NCBI GenBank assembly: GCA_964421635.1
Contig: CAYQWZ010000003.1
Span: forward strand, 65,712 to 129,711
DNA: 64,000 bases
Source: an uncultured Candidatus Saccharibacteria bacterium
Lineage (GTDB): Bacteria; Patescibacteriota; UBA1384; CAILIB01; JAUSJZ01
Direction of reading: 5' to 3'
The position numbers and the translations under genes are program-made. Under the pieces are notes generated by a model. It did no database searches and was not told the origin of the DNA. It was given only the letters and a program-made list of their open reading frames with translations. Position 1 is the stretch's first letter. Every line of letters starts with the position of its first letter. This document shows positions 19,262 to 27,134 of the stretch, piece by piece.

Positions 19262-19402
19262 CTATCGCCTGAACTTCGATCTGGTGAAGCTGGGCTTAGT
19301 CGGTCCTGGCTTTTTGCCAGGACCCTTCGGCCTTGATCTCTGATGACGATCGCGATGCGCCTTCTGACTACCAGTTGATTGGCGCCGTGGCTTATGTGAC
19401 AC
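19262..19402 (-). CDS. Small, strongly basic protein of about 46 aa encoded immediately upstream of GNAT copy 1. It has a GTG start with an AAGGTGG Shine-Dalgarno sequence and is not in the ORF track.
   Basis: Translation (V)SHKPRRQSTGSQKAHRDRHQRSRPKGPGKKPGPTKPSFTRSKFRR. It aligns with the copy-2 small ORF with many synonymous third-position differences, indicating purifying selection at the protein level. Confidence 0.55.
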   Translation of the reverse strand: MSHKPRRQSTGSQKAHRDRHQRSRPKGPGKKPGPTKPSFTRSKFRR

Positions 19403-19442
19403 TTGAATCACCACCTTTCGAAGTCAGCATAACATTAGAAAG

Positions 19443-19604
19443 ATTACAAAATTATTACGCAGAATTATTAGGTAGGTAGGATTGTAAATTGAAGTAGTTT
19501 ACGCTAAGCTAGCGGGTGAGATATTAATGCCCGGTGGCCAAATTGGTAAGGCAGCTGATTCTGGATCAGAAGATTGTAGGTTCAACCCCTACCCGGGCAA
19601 CCAA
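19443..19604 (+). repeat. Direct repeat copy 1 (about 162 bp): the tRNA-Gln upstream region plus the tRNA. Near-identical to 20497..20662.
   Basis: Only about 3 differences across the pair: a TAGG unit copy-number change, T/C at one upstream site, and C/T at tRNA position 3. Confidence 0.85.
19528..19603 (+). tRNA. tRNA-Gln (anticodon CUG) with encoded CCA.
   Basis: Manual fold gives a 7 bp acceptor stem with U1-A72, D-loop with GG, anticodon loop UUCUGGA, 5 nt variable loop and T-arm GTAGG-TTCAACC-CCTAC. It closely resembles E. coli tRNA-Gln. Confidence 0.8.
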
Positions 19605-19709
19605 ACGAAAGACCTCTGCTAATCGGAAATCTTTTCATTTGACTTCTTTTGGGATAAGGTTTGAACCGTGGTGGTTCGACTAAATAATTAACATATTTGG
19701 TGAGTATGT

Positions 19710-20201
19710 CTATTCTAAATCTTTATTTAACCGCAGGCTGCGCGTACTATAGCCATGCTCTTGCAGGAACATCTGCGCTTCTGTATTGTAGCCATACACT
19801 ATAGTCGATAATTCCGTGCCGTACCGGCGGGCCCAGCGCTCTGCTCGTTGCAGCAATTTAGAACCTAAACCTTGGCAACGGTACTTATCTTCAATGTATA
19901 GAGAGCCGATAACTGGCTGTTTGCTGGCCGTGGTTTCGTTATCAGCTGAGGTTTCTTCGATAAAGAGATAGATAACTCCGACAATGGTCTGATCGGCTAC
20001 GGCAACAAAAAGCTGGGTTGTTGATTGTTGCAGAAGTTGGTTATATGTATTGGCGGATAAGATGTAAGGTGGATTCTTCTTCAATGGGGAACGGGGCGAA
20101 CCCAAATAGTCAGCGTGGTGCAATGCCAACAACAACCGGTTAACTGCTTTATAGTCACCGGATTCTGCTGGGCGAATGGAGAAGTTTTGTTTGCCAGTCA
20201 T
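19710..20201 (-). CDS. GNAT family N-acetyltransferase (copy 2, paralog of 18706..19194).
   Basis: GNAT acetyl-CoA binding region (RCQGLGSKLLQRAERWARRYG). The N-terminus is conserved with copy 1. Confidence 0.8.
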   Translation of the reverse strand: MTGKQNFSIRPAESGDYKAVNRLLLALHHADYLGSPRSPLKKNPPYILSANTYNQLLQQSTTQLFVAVADQTIVGVIYLFIEETSADNETTASKQPVIGSLYIEDKYRCQGLGSKLLQRAERWARRYGTELSTIVYGYNTEAQMFLQEHGYSTRSLRLNKDLE

Positions 20202-20272
20202 TTTAATTTATTATACTGTTATTCACTATTAATAGAAGAGTGAGCCGCCCGTGGCGGGCGGCTCGAGGTGTG

Positions 20273-20431
20273 CTAACGCTTCGGTCTTGCTCCTGGCCGG
20301 TACTTCGGTGGCTGATAGCTCGTCCTAGTTGGTCCGGGTCCGGCACCCGGGCCTTTCGGCTTGCTGGTCTGATGCTGGTCACGATGTCGCTTCTGGTTGC
20401 CGGTCGACTGTTTCTTTCGACCGTGTGCCAT
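20273..20431 (-). CDS. Small basic protein of 52 aa, paralog of 19262..19402. Has an ATG start and a strong AAGGAG Shine-Dalgarno sequence. Not in the ORF track, which instead calls spurious overlapping ORFs in other frames.
   Basis: MAHGRKKQSTGNQKRHRDQHQTSKPKGPGAGPGPTRTSYQPPKYRPGARPKR. Followed by the strong hairpin GAGCCGCCCG-CCAC-GGGCGGCTC before GNAT copy 2. Confidence 0.6.
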   Translation of the reverse strand: MAHGRKKQSTGNQKRHRDQHQTSKPKGPGAGPGPTRTSYQPPKYRPGARPKR

Positions 20432-20496
20432 GGCCTTTCTCCTTTCTGTGGATTTCCATCTTTCAAGACGAATAGTCTTAATATATCACTGCTTAT

Positions 20497-20662
20497 ATTA
20501 CAAAATTATTACGCAGAATTATTAGGTAGGTAGGTAGGATTGTAAATTGAAGTAGTCTACGCTAAGCTAGCGGGTGAGATATTAATGTCCGGTGGCCAAA
20601 TTGGTAAGGCAGCTGATTCTGGATCAGAAGATTGTAGGTTCAACCCCTACCCGGGCAACCAA
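20497..20662 (+). repeat. Direct repeat copy 2 (tRNA-Gln upstream region plus tRNA).
   Basis: See copy 1. Confidence 0.85.
20586..20661 (+). tRNA. tRNA-Gln (anticodon CUG), second copy (G2-C71, U3-G70 variant).
   Basis: Identical to copy 1 except one C-to-T change in the acceptor stem. Confidence 0.8.
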
Positions 20663-20779
20663 AAAACAATTAAACATTCGGCCTGTCGGCAGGCAGGTAA
20701 CGAATTTTCGACGATTAGTATTCAGAAGAATTAGTCCCAGTTGGGGCTTTTTTGTTTGTCGACAAATTACTTAATGCTA

Positions 20780-20808
20780 TTGACAAAAAAGGCTCTTTAT
20801 AGTATAAA
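20780..20808 (+). promoter_or_regulatory. Consensus sigma-70-like promoter: TTGACA, 17 bp spacer, TATAAA.
   Basis: ttgaca-aaaaaggctctttatag-tataaa read directly. It drives the candidate sRNA. Confidence 0.55.
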
Positions 20809-20814
20809 AAACAC

Positions 20815-20984
20815 GGTGCAGCAGAAGCCCGAAAGGGTGTGGTGTCTACCCGCAGCCGACTAATATCAGTGAGACACCGACACGGCGCCAGATCGTTCTG
20901 GAAGTTATGCTGAAGACCCAGGACCTTGCAACCAGGTCAAAGCGGAACTTGCTCATCCCAACGCATCGGGGTGAGCAGTTTTTA
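20815..20984 (+). ncRNA. Candidate structured small RNA or cis-regulatory leader of about 170 nt. It is bounded by a consensus promoter and an intrinsic terminator. Its class is unidentified.
   Basis: GC-rich and stop-codon-rich in all frames. Internal helices include GGUGUCU...AGACACC and a GCCC-GAAA-GGGU tetraloop hairpin. It ends in the terminator UGCUCAUCCC-aacgcauc-GGGGUGAGCA plus a U-run at 20950..20984. Confidence 0.4.
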
Positions 20985-21027
20985 ATTTTAGAGAAATCCT
21001 TTATGACTACTATGATATTATTAAAAT

Positions 21028-21252
21028 ATGAAAATACAAACAGGCAAATATCGCCACTACAAAGGTAAAGATTATGAAGTAATAGGATTGGGCAGGCATA
21101 GCGAAACGCTTGAAGAGCTAGTAATTTACAAAGCTTTGTACTACTCCAAGGAATACGGAAATAACGCTATTTGGGCTCGCCCAAAGGCAATGTTCTTTGA
21201 AACAGTTGAGGTTGATGGTGAAACAAAGCCTCGTTTTGAGTATACTGGTTAA
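21028..21252 (+). CDS. DUF1653 family small protein.
   Basis: GKYRHYKGKDYEV...ALYYSKE matches the DUF1653 signature. Confidence 0.55.
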   Translation: MKIQTGKYRHYKGKDYEVIGLGRHSETLEELVIYKALYYSKEYGNNAIWARPKAMFFETVEVDGETKPRFEYTG

Positions 21253-21253
21253 T

Positions 21254-21640
21254 ATGAAACCTTATGTTGACGATATCGAAAAAATTACCCAAGCAAACGA
21301 AACCTTCCGCACCGTTTTATTTACCACGCCGCTAAGCCAGCTAGTGGTGATGAGCCTAAAACCAAAGGAGGATATCGGACAAGAAATGCACCGTATTGAC
21401 CAGTTCCTACGCGTGGAAAGTGGGGAGGGGCAGGCCATTTTAGATGGTCAAGAGTATGAACTAAAAGACGGATCAGCGCTGGTTGTGCCCGCGGGAGTGG
21501 AGCATAATCTGGTCAATACTTCTGCTGAAAAACCGCTCAAGCTCTACACAATCTATACTCCGCCTGAGCACAAAGACGGCACGGTACATGTTACCAAGGC
21601 GGATGCGGAGGCGGATGAACACGATCATTTTAAAGAATAA
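21254..21640 (+). CDS. Cupin domain protein. The ORF opens at 21197 but ATG 21254 (MKPYVDD) avoids overlap with the DUF1653 gene.
   Basis: Cupin motifs (HRIDQFLRVESGEG...VVPAGVEHNLVN). Confidence 0.65.
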   Translation: MKPYVDDIEKITQANETFRTVLFTTPLSQLVVMSLKPKEDIGQEMHRIDQFLRVESGEGQAILDGQEYELKDGSALVVPAGVEHNLVNTSAEKPLKLYTIYTPPEHKDGTVHVTKADAEADEHDHFKE

Positions 21641-21657
21641 AAAAGTAATCTAATGTT

Positions 21658-22800
21658 ATGAAAAGAAGTTTTCAATTTGCTCTGGGGGCTTTAGCCGCGG
21701 TAGTGCTGCCCGTCAGCATTGTCTGGGCTGCATCCTCGAGTAGTGATATGCAAAGTTTTCGTCTAGGTGACGATTTATTTATCGCTGGCCAAAGTGTAAT
21801 TGTAGATGAAGATGTAGAAGGTGATCTTTATGTGGCTGGTGAGAATATCCATGTTAACGGTGATGTTGGCGGCGATGTTACCTTTGGCGCCCACAGTTTA
21901 ACTATTGATGGTGAAGTTGCTGGAACAGTTCGCGGTGGTGGTCAATCAATAAATATCAACGGATCAGTCGGTCAGACAGTATTGATTGGTGGGCAAGATA
22001 TTAGTATCAATGAAGGATTAAAAGCGACTGTCAAAAATATTATGATTGGCGGACAAAGAGTAATCGTTAATCGACCAGTCAGTGGTGCTTTAGCGGTCGG
22101 AGCTTACACTCTTGAGCTAGACGGACCAGTTGCCGGTCAAGCCGATATCGCTGTCGAAGAGGCAATACTGGGTGATAGTGCAACACTTGGTGAAATTGTG
22201 ACATATTACAACGACAAAGATGATACAGACACTCAAACAGAACTTGAAGCTATTACAGCCGGAACCTTGACTCGCAAAGATGCTACACATTATGACAAAG
22301 GTGCTTATAAAAGTGTCGCAGTCGCCAGTTTCACCGCTTCAGCCCTCGGTCAACTACTATCGACTCTAACTGCTGTGCTGTTTGCTCTGGTTATTTATTG
22401 GTTATTTCCAAAAGCTACCTCTAGCTTAGTTGAGCTTCAAAGAAAGAGAACTTGGTTAGTGGTGCTGTTCGGAATCCTTTCCATTCCTTTGGTTGGCATA
22501 GTGGCTCTAATTATGTTTGTCACCGGTGTATTTGCGCCTTTGGCTTTGCTGTTATTAGTCTTGTCCATTCCGGTAGTTATCCTTTCTATCGCCAGCGTTT
22601 ATCAGAATACCGGTCAAGCGCTCTCTAAGAGTGGAGATAATAAAAAAGGATTAGCAATTGTGGTCGGTGGTATTGTTTTCTGGATTTTATACTTAATTCC
22701 AGTTGTTGGCGCTTTAGTCGGAACTATCGCTTTCATATTAGGAACAGGAAGCGTTATTGTAATGTTTTTACAAAGCGTCAAAGCTTTGCCTGCTAAATAG
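21658..22800 (+). CDS. Membrane protein with an N-terminal signal peptide and beta-helical repeat domain (bactofilin/polymer-forming-like repeats), plus a C-terminal multi-TM region.
   Basis: Repetitive VxGxVxGD motifs (VAGENIHVNGDVGGDVTFGAHSLTIDGEVAGTVRGGG...) and 4-5 C-terminal TM helices. Confidence 0.4.
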   Translation: MKRSFQFALGALAAVVLPVSIVWAASSSSDMQSFRLGDDLFIAGQSVIVDEDVEGDLYVAGENIHVNGDVGGDVTFGAHSLTIDGEVAGTVRGGGQSININGSVGQTVLIGGQDISINEGLKATVKNIMIGGQRVIVNRPVSGALAVGAYTLELDGPVAGQADIAVEEAILGDSATLGEIVTYYNDKDDTDTQTELEAITAGTLTRKDATHYDKGAYKSVAVASFTASALGQLLSTLTAVLFALVIYWLFPKATSSLVELQRKRTWLVVLFGILSIPLVGIVALIMFVTGVFAPLALLLLVLSIPVVILSIASVYQNTGQALSKSGDNKKGLAIVVGGIVFWILYLIPVVGALVGTIAFILGTGSVIVMFLQSVKALPAK

Positions 22801-23052
22801 TACAAAGGGTTAGATAAGGGCTAATATTGTTTGTTTGGCATCTAATGTAGTTTGGTTGAACAATGACCTGTTAGTAAGTAGTTTGTTCGAGCGCTCAGTC
22901 ATATAATCCGAAGCCTTCCTACGGAAGTCTTCTCCTTACGGAGCCAATTAAAATTGTCTCCTAAAACAGTGTCCGCTCTTAATATAAAAAAGCTCTCAAA
23001 ACTACTTACTAGCAGGCTCTAACGACAACAAGCAAACAATATCTAGCCTAAT

Positions 23053-24243
23053 CTAGTCTTTGTTCAATTTTCCAATGGATTTGGCGATTTTTGAGGCGAC
23101 TTCTTTATTTAACGGATTTGGCAAAATCTTTTTGGCGGTTGGATTTTTCACCATTTTGGCCAAAGTATGGGCGGCCGCGATTTTCATTTTTGTTGTAATT
23201 TTTGTTAGCCGATAATCTGCAACCGCTTTGAAAATACCTGGGAAGACCAAAACATTATTTACTTGGTTGGCGAAGTCGGAGCGGCCGGTGGCCACAACTT
23301 TTGCACCGGCCGCCAAAGCGATATCGGGCATAATTTCGGGAGTAGGGTTAGCCATAGCAAAAATTATTGCATCTTTTGACATTGATTTAATCATTTTTGA
23401 AGTAATGAGGTTTGGCTTGGAGACCCCGATAATAATATCGGCATCTTTGACGGCGTGCTCTAAAGTTCCGCACAGCTTTTGCTTGTTTATGGCTTCGTTA
23501 ACGGCGTGTTTGTAATCGTTTAAATCTTGGCGTTTTGAGCAGATGGCGCCTTTTGAATCGACTAAAATTACATCGCCTAAAACCTGATTAGCGTCTTTTT
23601 TGACAAACTTGCCATGGCGTCTTTCTAATCCCATTAAAAGTTGAGTAATAGCTATACCCGCAGCGCCTGCGCCAATAATAACCGCTTTCATATCTTTGGG
23701 CTTTTTATTCACAACTTTTGCGGCGTTCAGCAGGGCCGCTAGAACTACAATAGCGGTGCCGTGTTGATCATCATGGAAAACGGCGATTGGCAAATTTTGC
23801 AATGCATCCTCTACTATAAAACAGTTTGGAGCGGCGATATCTTCTAAATTTATTCCCACAAAACTGGGTGCAATCTGTTTAACAAATTTAATAATTTCAT
23901 CAGGATCTTGCGTATCTATTACTAAAGGAATTGAATCAACACCACCAAACTCGCGCATTAAAACAGATTTTCCCTCCATTACGGGTAAGGATGCGGCCGC
24001 GCCAATGTTGCCAAGCCCAAGCACCGCTGAGCCATCTGAAACCACGGCCACGGCGCGGCCGCGCCAAGTTAAATCAAACGACCTTTTTTCGTCTTTAGCA
24101 ATCGCCCGACAGGGTTCAGCCACACCGGGAGTATAGGCCAAAGATAAATCCTGCTTCGTTTTTAGAGATACTTTTGAGCGAGTCTCTAATTTGCCGCCGT
24201 TCTTTTTGTGAAATTTTAAAGAGTCTTGATAGATATCAGACAT
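23053..24243 (-). CDS. NAD(P)-dependent malic enzyme (short form).
   Basis: Malic enzyme signature LAYTPGVAEPC and Rossmann motif VIIGAGAAGIA. Confidence 0.85.
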   Translation of the reverse strand: MSDIYQDSLKFHKKNGGKLETRSKVSLKTKQDLSLAYTPGVAEPCRAIAKDEKRSFDLTWRGRAVAVVSDGSAVLGLGNIGAAASLPVMEGKSVLMREFGGVDSIPLVIDTQDPDEIIKFVKQIAPSFVGINLEDIAAPNCFIVEDALQNLPIAVFHDDQHGTAIVVLAALLNAAKVVNKKPKDMKAVIIGAGAAGIAITQLLMGLERRHGKFVKKDANQVLGDVILVDSKGAICSKRQDLNDYKHAVNEAINKQKLCGTLEHAVKDADIIIGVSKPNLITSKMIKSMSKDAIIFAMANPTPEIMPDIALAAGAKVVATGRSDFANQVNNVLVFPGIFKAVADYRLTKITTKMKIAAAHTLAKMVKNPTAKKILPNPLNKEVASKIAKSIGKLNKD

Positions 24244-24298
24244 GTAAAAAAGTTACTTACGAACTTAATTATAGCTTAATGGTCAAATGGCAATAATG

Positions 24299-25048
24299 CT
24301 ATTTCAATTCAAAGGTGACGGTAATTGAAGCGTTTATGGTTTGTTCACCCGGGTTAATTCGACTTGAATCTGCGCTAGCTGTTTCTCCAATATCAGCGGC
24401 AGCGATTCCTAAACTTTTTGACAAAGGATAGTAATCGTTGCTAGAAGCCGCGCTGGGCGTTAAACTCAGAATGCGACCAATTCTTTGACCATTAGCGGTA
24501 GCCATTGCTTCTGCTTGTGATTTAGCATCGGCTAAAGCTTCCGCTTGAGCTTCAGCTTGATGAGCCACAACTTCTGCTTTAGATAAATCGAAGTTTGGAC
24601 CAGCCACACTTTTAGCTTCATTCTTGGTTAAAATACTAATTACAGATTCGGCTTTAGAAGTATCCTTCAAATTAATTACAAAGGATGTGCTAGCGATGTA
24701 TCCTTCTTCGGTCACTTTACCTCTATCATATTTAGTTTTAGGATAAACAGAAACAGAAGTTTCGATATCCTTCTTGGCAATGCCGGCGGCTATTATTTGA
24801 TTGACCACCTCAGTAGCTTTGGCAGAGTTTTCTTTGTTGGCAGTATTTTGATTAGCGTTTTCGTTCTCTAAACTAGCGGTAATGCGTGCTTCATCTGGCG
24901 TGGCCTGTACTTCAGCGCTAGCGGTAACAGTTATTTTGGGCACATTATTGACATTGGAGTTAACAGAGTTAGTCACCAAATAGGTGAGAGCGATAATAAT
25001 TATCCAGCTTAAAATAATTTTTAAAGGTCGAGCATCAAAAATATTCAT
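24299..25048 (-). CDS. SIMPL/DUF541 family secreted protein (BP26/OMP28-like).
   Basis: Signal/TM anchor followed by the family-typical ITVTASAEVQATPDEARI...PNFDLSKAE architecture. Low-complexity similarity only. Confidence 0.45.
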   Translation of the reverse strand: MNIFDARPLKIILSWIIIIALTYLVTNSVNSNVNNVPKITVTASAEVQATPDEARITASLENENANQNTANKENSAKATEVVNQIIAAGIAKKDIETSVSVYPKTKYDRGKVTEEGYIASTSFVINLKDTSKAESVISILTKNEAKSVAGPNFDLSKAEVVAHQAEAQAEALADAKSQAEAMATANGQRIGRILSLTPSAASSNDYYPLSKSLGIAAADIGETASADSSRINPGEQTINASITVTFELK

Positions 25049-25113
25049 AAAATTAAATTACTTCATATATTAATATATCAAAAATAGAAGTTATCTTCTG
25101 TCATCAAAATTTA

Positions 25114-25569
25114 ATGTGTGATAAATTTGGTTTAGGAGGATCTATAACTATGGCTATGGCTGTAGGTTTGCCGGAGTCGATGAGCTGTCTGAGTGAAGAA
25201 ACAAAGGAGACAGAGACCGACAGAAGTTTTTGGAAAAGAGAATTGACAGTAATGTTGAGTGTCATGTCGATAGTGGCAATGGAGGTAGGAGTGCCTGAAA
25301 GCTATCTTCTATGTCATAATCCTAAAAACAATACTTGGTTTATTGTCATTTTTTCGGCAGAGAAAAATGTTTGCGAAGCTCATGCTTTAATGTTCAATGT
25401 TGGCAGAGAAGTTGACGGATACGATAGAGAAGCAGCTGATAATCTATTGCCAGAGTTTGATGAAATGACAGGTGTGAGTGAAGAGTTGAGAGTAGCAATT
25501 AAGGCGGCTTTCGTTACTCAAAGACGACATTGGCAACAAAGTAGGGGGGCTGCATGGGCCAGACAATAA
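25114..25569 (+). CDS. Hypothetical protein.
   Basis: ORF only. No recognisable motif. Confidence 0.3.
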   Translation: MCDKFGLGGSITMAMAVGLPESMSCLSEETKETETDRSFWKRELTVMLSVMSIVAMEVGVPESYLLCHNPKNNTWFIVIFSAEKNVCEAHALMFNVGREVDGYDREAADNLLPEFDEMTGVSEELRVAIKAAFVTQRRHWQQSRGAAWARQ

Positions 25570-25571
25570 CC

Positions 25572-25694
25572 ATGGAAAGAACAAGGTATCCGTTAATGTT
25601 CGTTCCTCGGCCAAAAATAGTAGCTCAAGGCAGTAAGACTCGAAAATGGTTTCGTAGCAAAGCAAGTCAAAGATCTCGAAGACGCACTTCCTGA
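25572..25694 (+). CDS. Candidate small basic peptide (40 aa) followed by an intrinsic terminator (25712..25738).
   Basis: MERTRYPLMFVPRPKIVAQGSKTRKWFRSKASQRSRRRTS. The terminator GGCGTGC-gtgta-GCACGCC plus T7 follows. Confidence 0.25.
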   Translation: MERTRYPLMFVPRPKIVAQGSKTRKWFRSKASQRSRRRTS

Positions 25695-25795
25695 TCTATA
25701 CAAACTTAAGGGGCGTGCGTGTAGCACGCCTTTTTTTATTAACTTCAAGCTTATTGTTTTAAACAAAAAAATATGGTAGAGTTAACCCGATAAAA

Positions 25796-26848
25796 ATGAA
25801 AAAAACCTATCTAGACAATTTAGTAAATCCTATAATTGGCCTGTCACCTATGGATGGAGTAACAGATGCGCCGTTTCGCCAAATTACGGCTGAAATTGGT
25901 AATCCTTCTTTAATATTTACGGAATTTGCATCTGTTGAAGGATTGGCCCGTAACGCTACAGCTTTACTGCAGCATTTTCGCTACAGCGAGAAAGAGCGGC
26001 CGATTATTGCCCAGCTTTACGGCATTGAGCCCGAATCTTTCCGTGTAGCCACTATAATTGCTTGTTTTTTAGGATTCGACGGTATTGATATCAACATGGG
26101 TTGTCCGGCTAAAAAAGTTTCGCGCCGTGGTGCTGGTGCGGCACTAATAACTAATACTAAATTAGCGGAGCAGATTATAACATCTTGTAAAGTGGGCTTA
26201 ACAGATTTTGCTGAAGGAATTAAGCTTGAAGATCTTGAGCTGAAAACAAAAATGAAAAATGCTATTTCTAAACTGCAAAAAGAGAACGGCATTAATGCAG
26301 ATAAACTCGAGAGAAAGATTTTGCCCTTATCCGTAAAAACGAGAATCGGTTTCGATAAACCAGCAGTTGAAGATTGGTTTTCATTTTTGGCCAAGCAAGA
26401 TTTAGCTATGATTTCAATTCATGGGCGGACGCTGAAACAAATGTATGGCGGAGAGGCAGATTGGGCAAATATTGCAGCGGCCGCAAAAATTATTAAAAAG
26501 GATAGCCAGGCTCTGGTACTAGGTAACGGAGATATCACTACTAGGGTCGAGGCAATAGAGCATATAAAAAAATATAAAGTTGATGGTGTACTCATTGGAA
26601 GGGCAGCTTTAGGCAATCCTTGGGTATTTTTAGGATACAATGCTTCAAAAAATGAGAGAATTGATTTGGCAATAAAACATGCAAAAATTCATGAGGTCAC
26701 ATACAAGCCGGCTGCGTTTTCAGCTTTTCGTAGACATTTAGCCGCTTATATAAAGGATATTAGAGGAGCAGCAAAATTGCGAGCCAAATTAATGCAGGTC
26801 AATAACGCCTCTGAGGTAGCAAAACTGTTAAAAAATTCGGCTAGATAA
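25796..26848 (+). CDS. dus: tRNA-dihydrouridine synthase.
   Basis: SPMDGVTDAPFR and INMGCPAKKV (FMN-binding TIM barrel with catalytic Cys). Confidence 0.85.
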   Translation: MKKTYLDNLVNPIIGLSPMDGVTDAPFRQITAEIGNPSLIFTEFASVEGLARNATALLQHFRYSEKERPIIAQLYGIEPESFRVATIIACFLGFDGIDINMGCPAKKVSRRGAGAALITNTKLAEQIITSCKVGLTDFAEGIKLEDLELKTKMKNAISKLQKENGINADKLERKILPLSVKTRIGFDKPAVEDWFSFLAKQDLAMISIHGRTLKQMYGGEADWANIAAAAKIIKKDSQALVLGNGDITTRVEAIEHIKKYKVDGVLIGRAALGNPWVFLGYNASKNERIDLAIKHAKIHEVTYKPAAFSAFRRHLAAYIKDIRGAAKLRAKLMQVNNASEVAKLLKNSAR

Positions 26849-26890
26849 TGGTATAATTTCTATATAGATAAGTAACAAAGGAGATTAATT

Positions 26891-27028
26891 ATGGATACTC
26901 CAGATCCAGTTGCACCTGCAGATGATCCTGCAGCAGCACCAGCTGATGTACCAGTAATGCCAGAAGAAGAGGAAGAAGAGGGAAACGAGGAGGAAGCTCC
27001 TGTTGATCCTGCTGTTCCAGCTGAGTAA
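26891..27028 (+). CDS. Candidate small acidic Pro/Ala/Glu-rich peptide (45 aa) with a strong AAGGAG Shine-Dalgarno sequence.
   Basis: MDTPDPVAPADDPAAAPADVPVMPEEEEEEGNEEEAPVDPAVPAE. Followed by a bidirectional terminator hairpin at 27042..27095. Confidence 0.3.
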   Translation: MDTPDPVAPADDPAAAPADVPVMPEEEEEEGNEEEAPVDPAVPAE

Positions 27029-27134
27029 ATAAAAAATTAAAACCGTCACTATCTATTGGGAATTATTTACCAATAGCGGCTGACGGTTTTTGTTTTACCC
27101 AATTTCACAATTAAAAAAGCGAGATCTCTCTCGC

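Noticed and set aside
19195-19440. Interpretation of the GC-rich structured region upstream of the tRNA-Gln copies as a ncRNA
   Set aside because: The two copies differ mainly at synonymous codon positions of a conserved basic peptide. That fits protein-coding selection better than conservation of RNA structure. The hairpins likely act as terminators or attenuators around that small gene.
20203-20533. Track ORFs 20203..20466 (-) and 20240..20533 (+) upstream of GNAT copy 2
   Set aside because: They are GC-rich stop-poor artefacts. The frame with an RBS, and with conservation against copy 1, is the 52 aa ORF at 20273..20431.
20815-20984. SRP RNA or 6S RNA identity for the candidate sRNA
   Set aside because: It contains CCAGGUC and GCGGAA fragments, but they cannot be folded into the conserved SRP helix 8 with its symmetric and asymmetric loops and GNRA loop. 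No 6S-like central bubble with closing stems could be drawn by hand.
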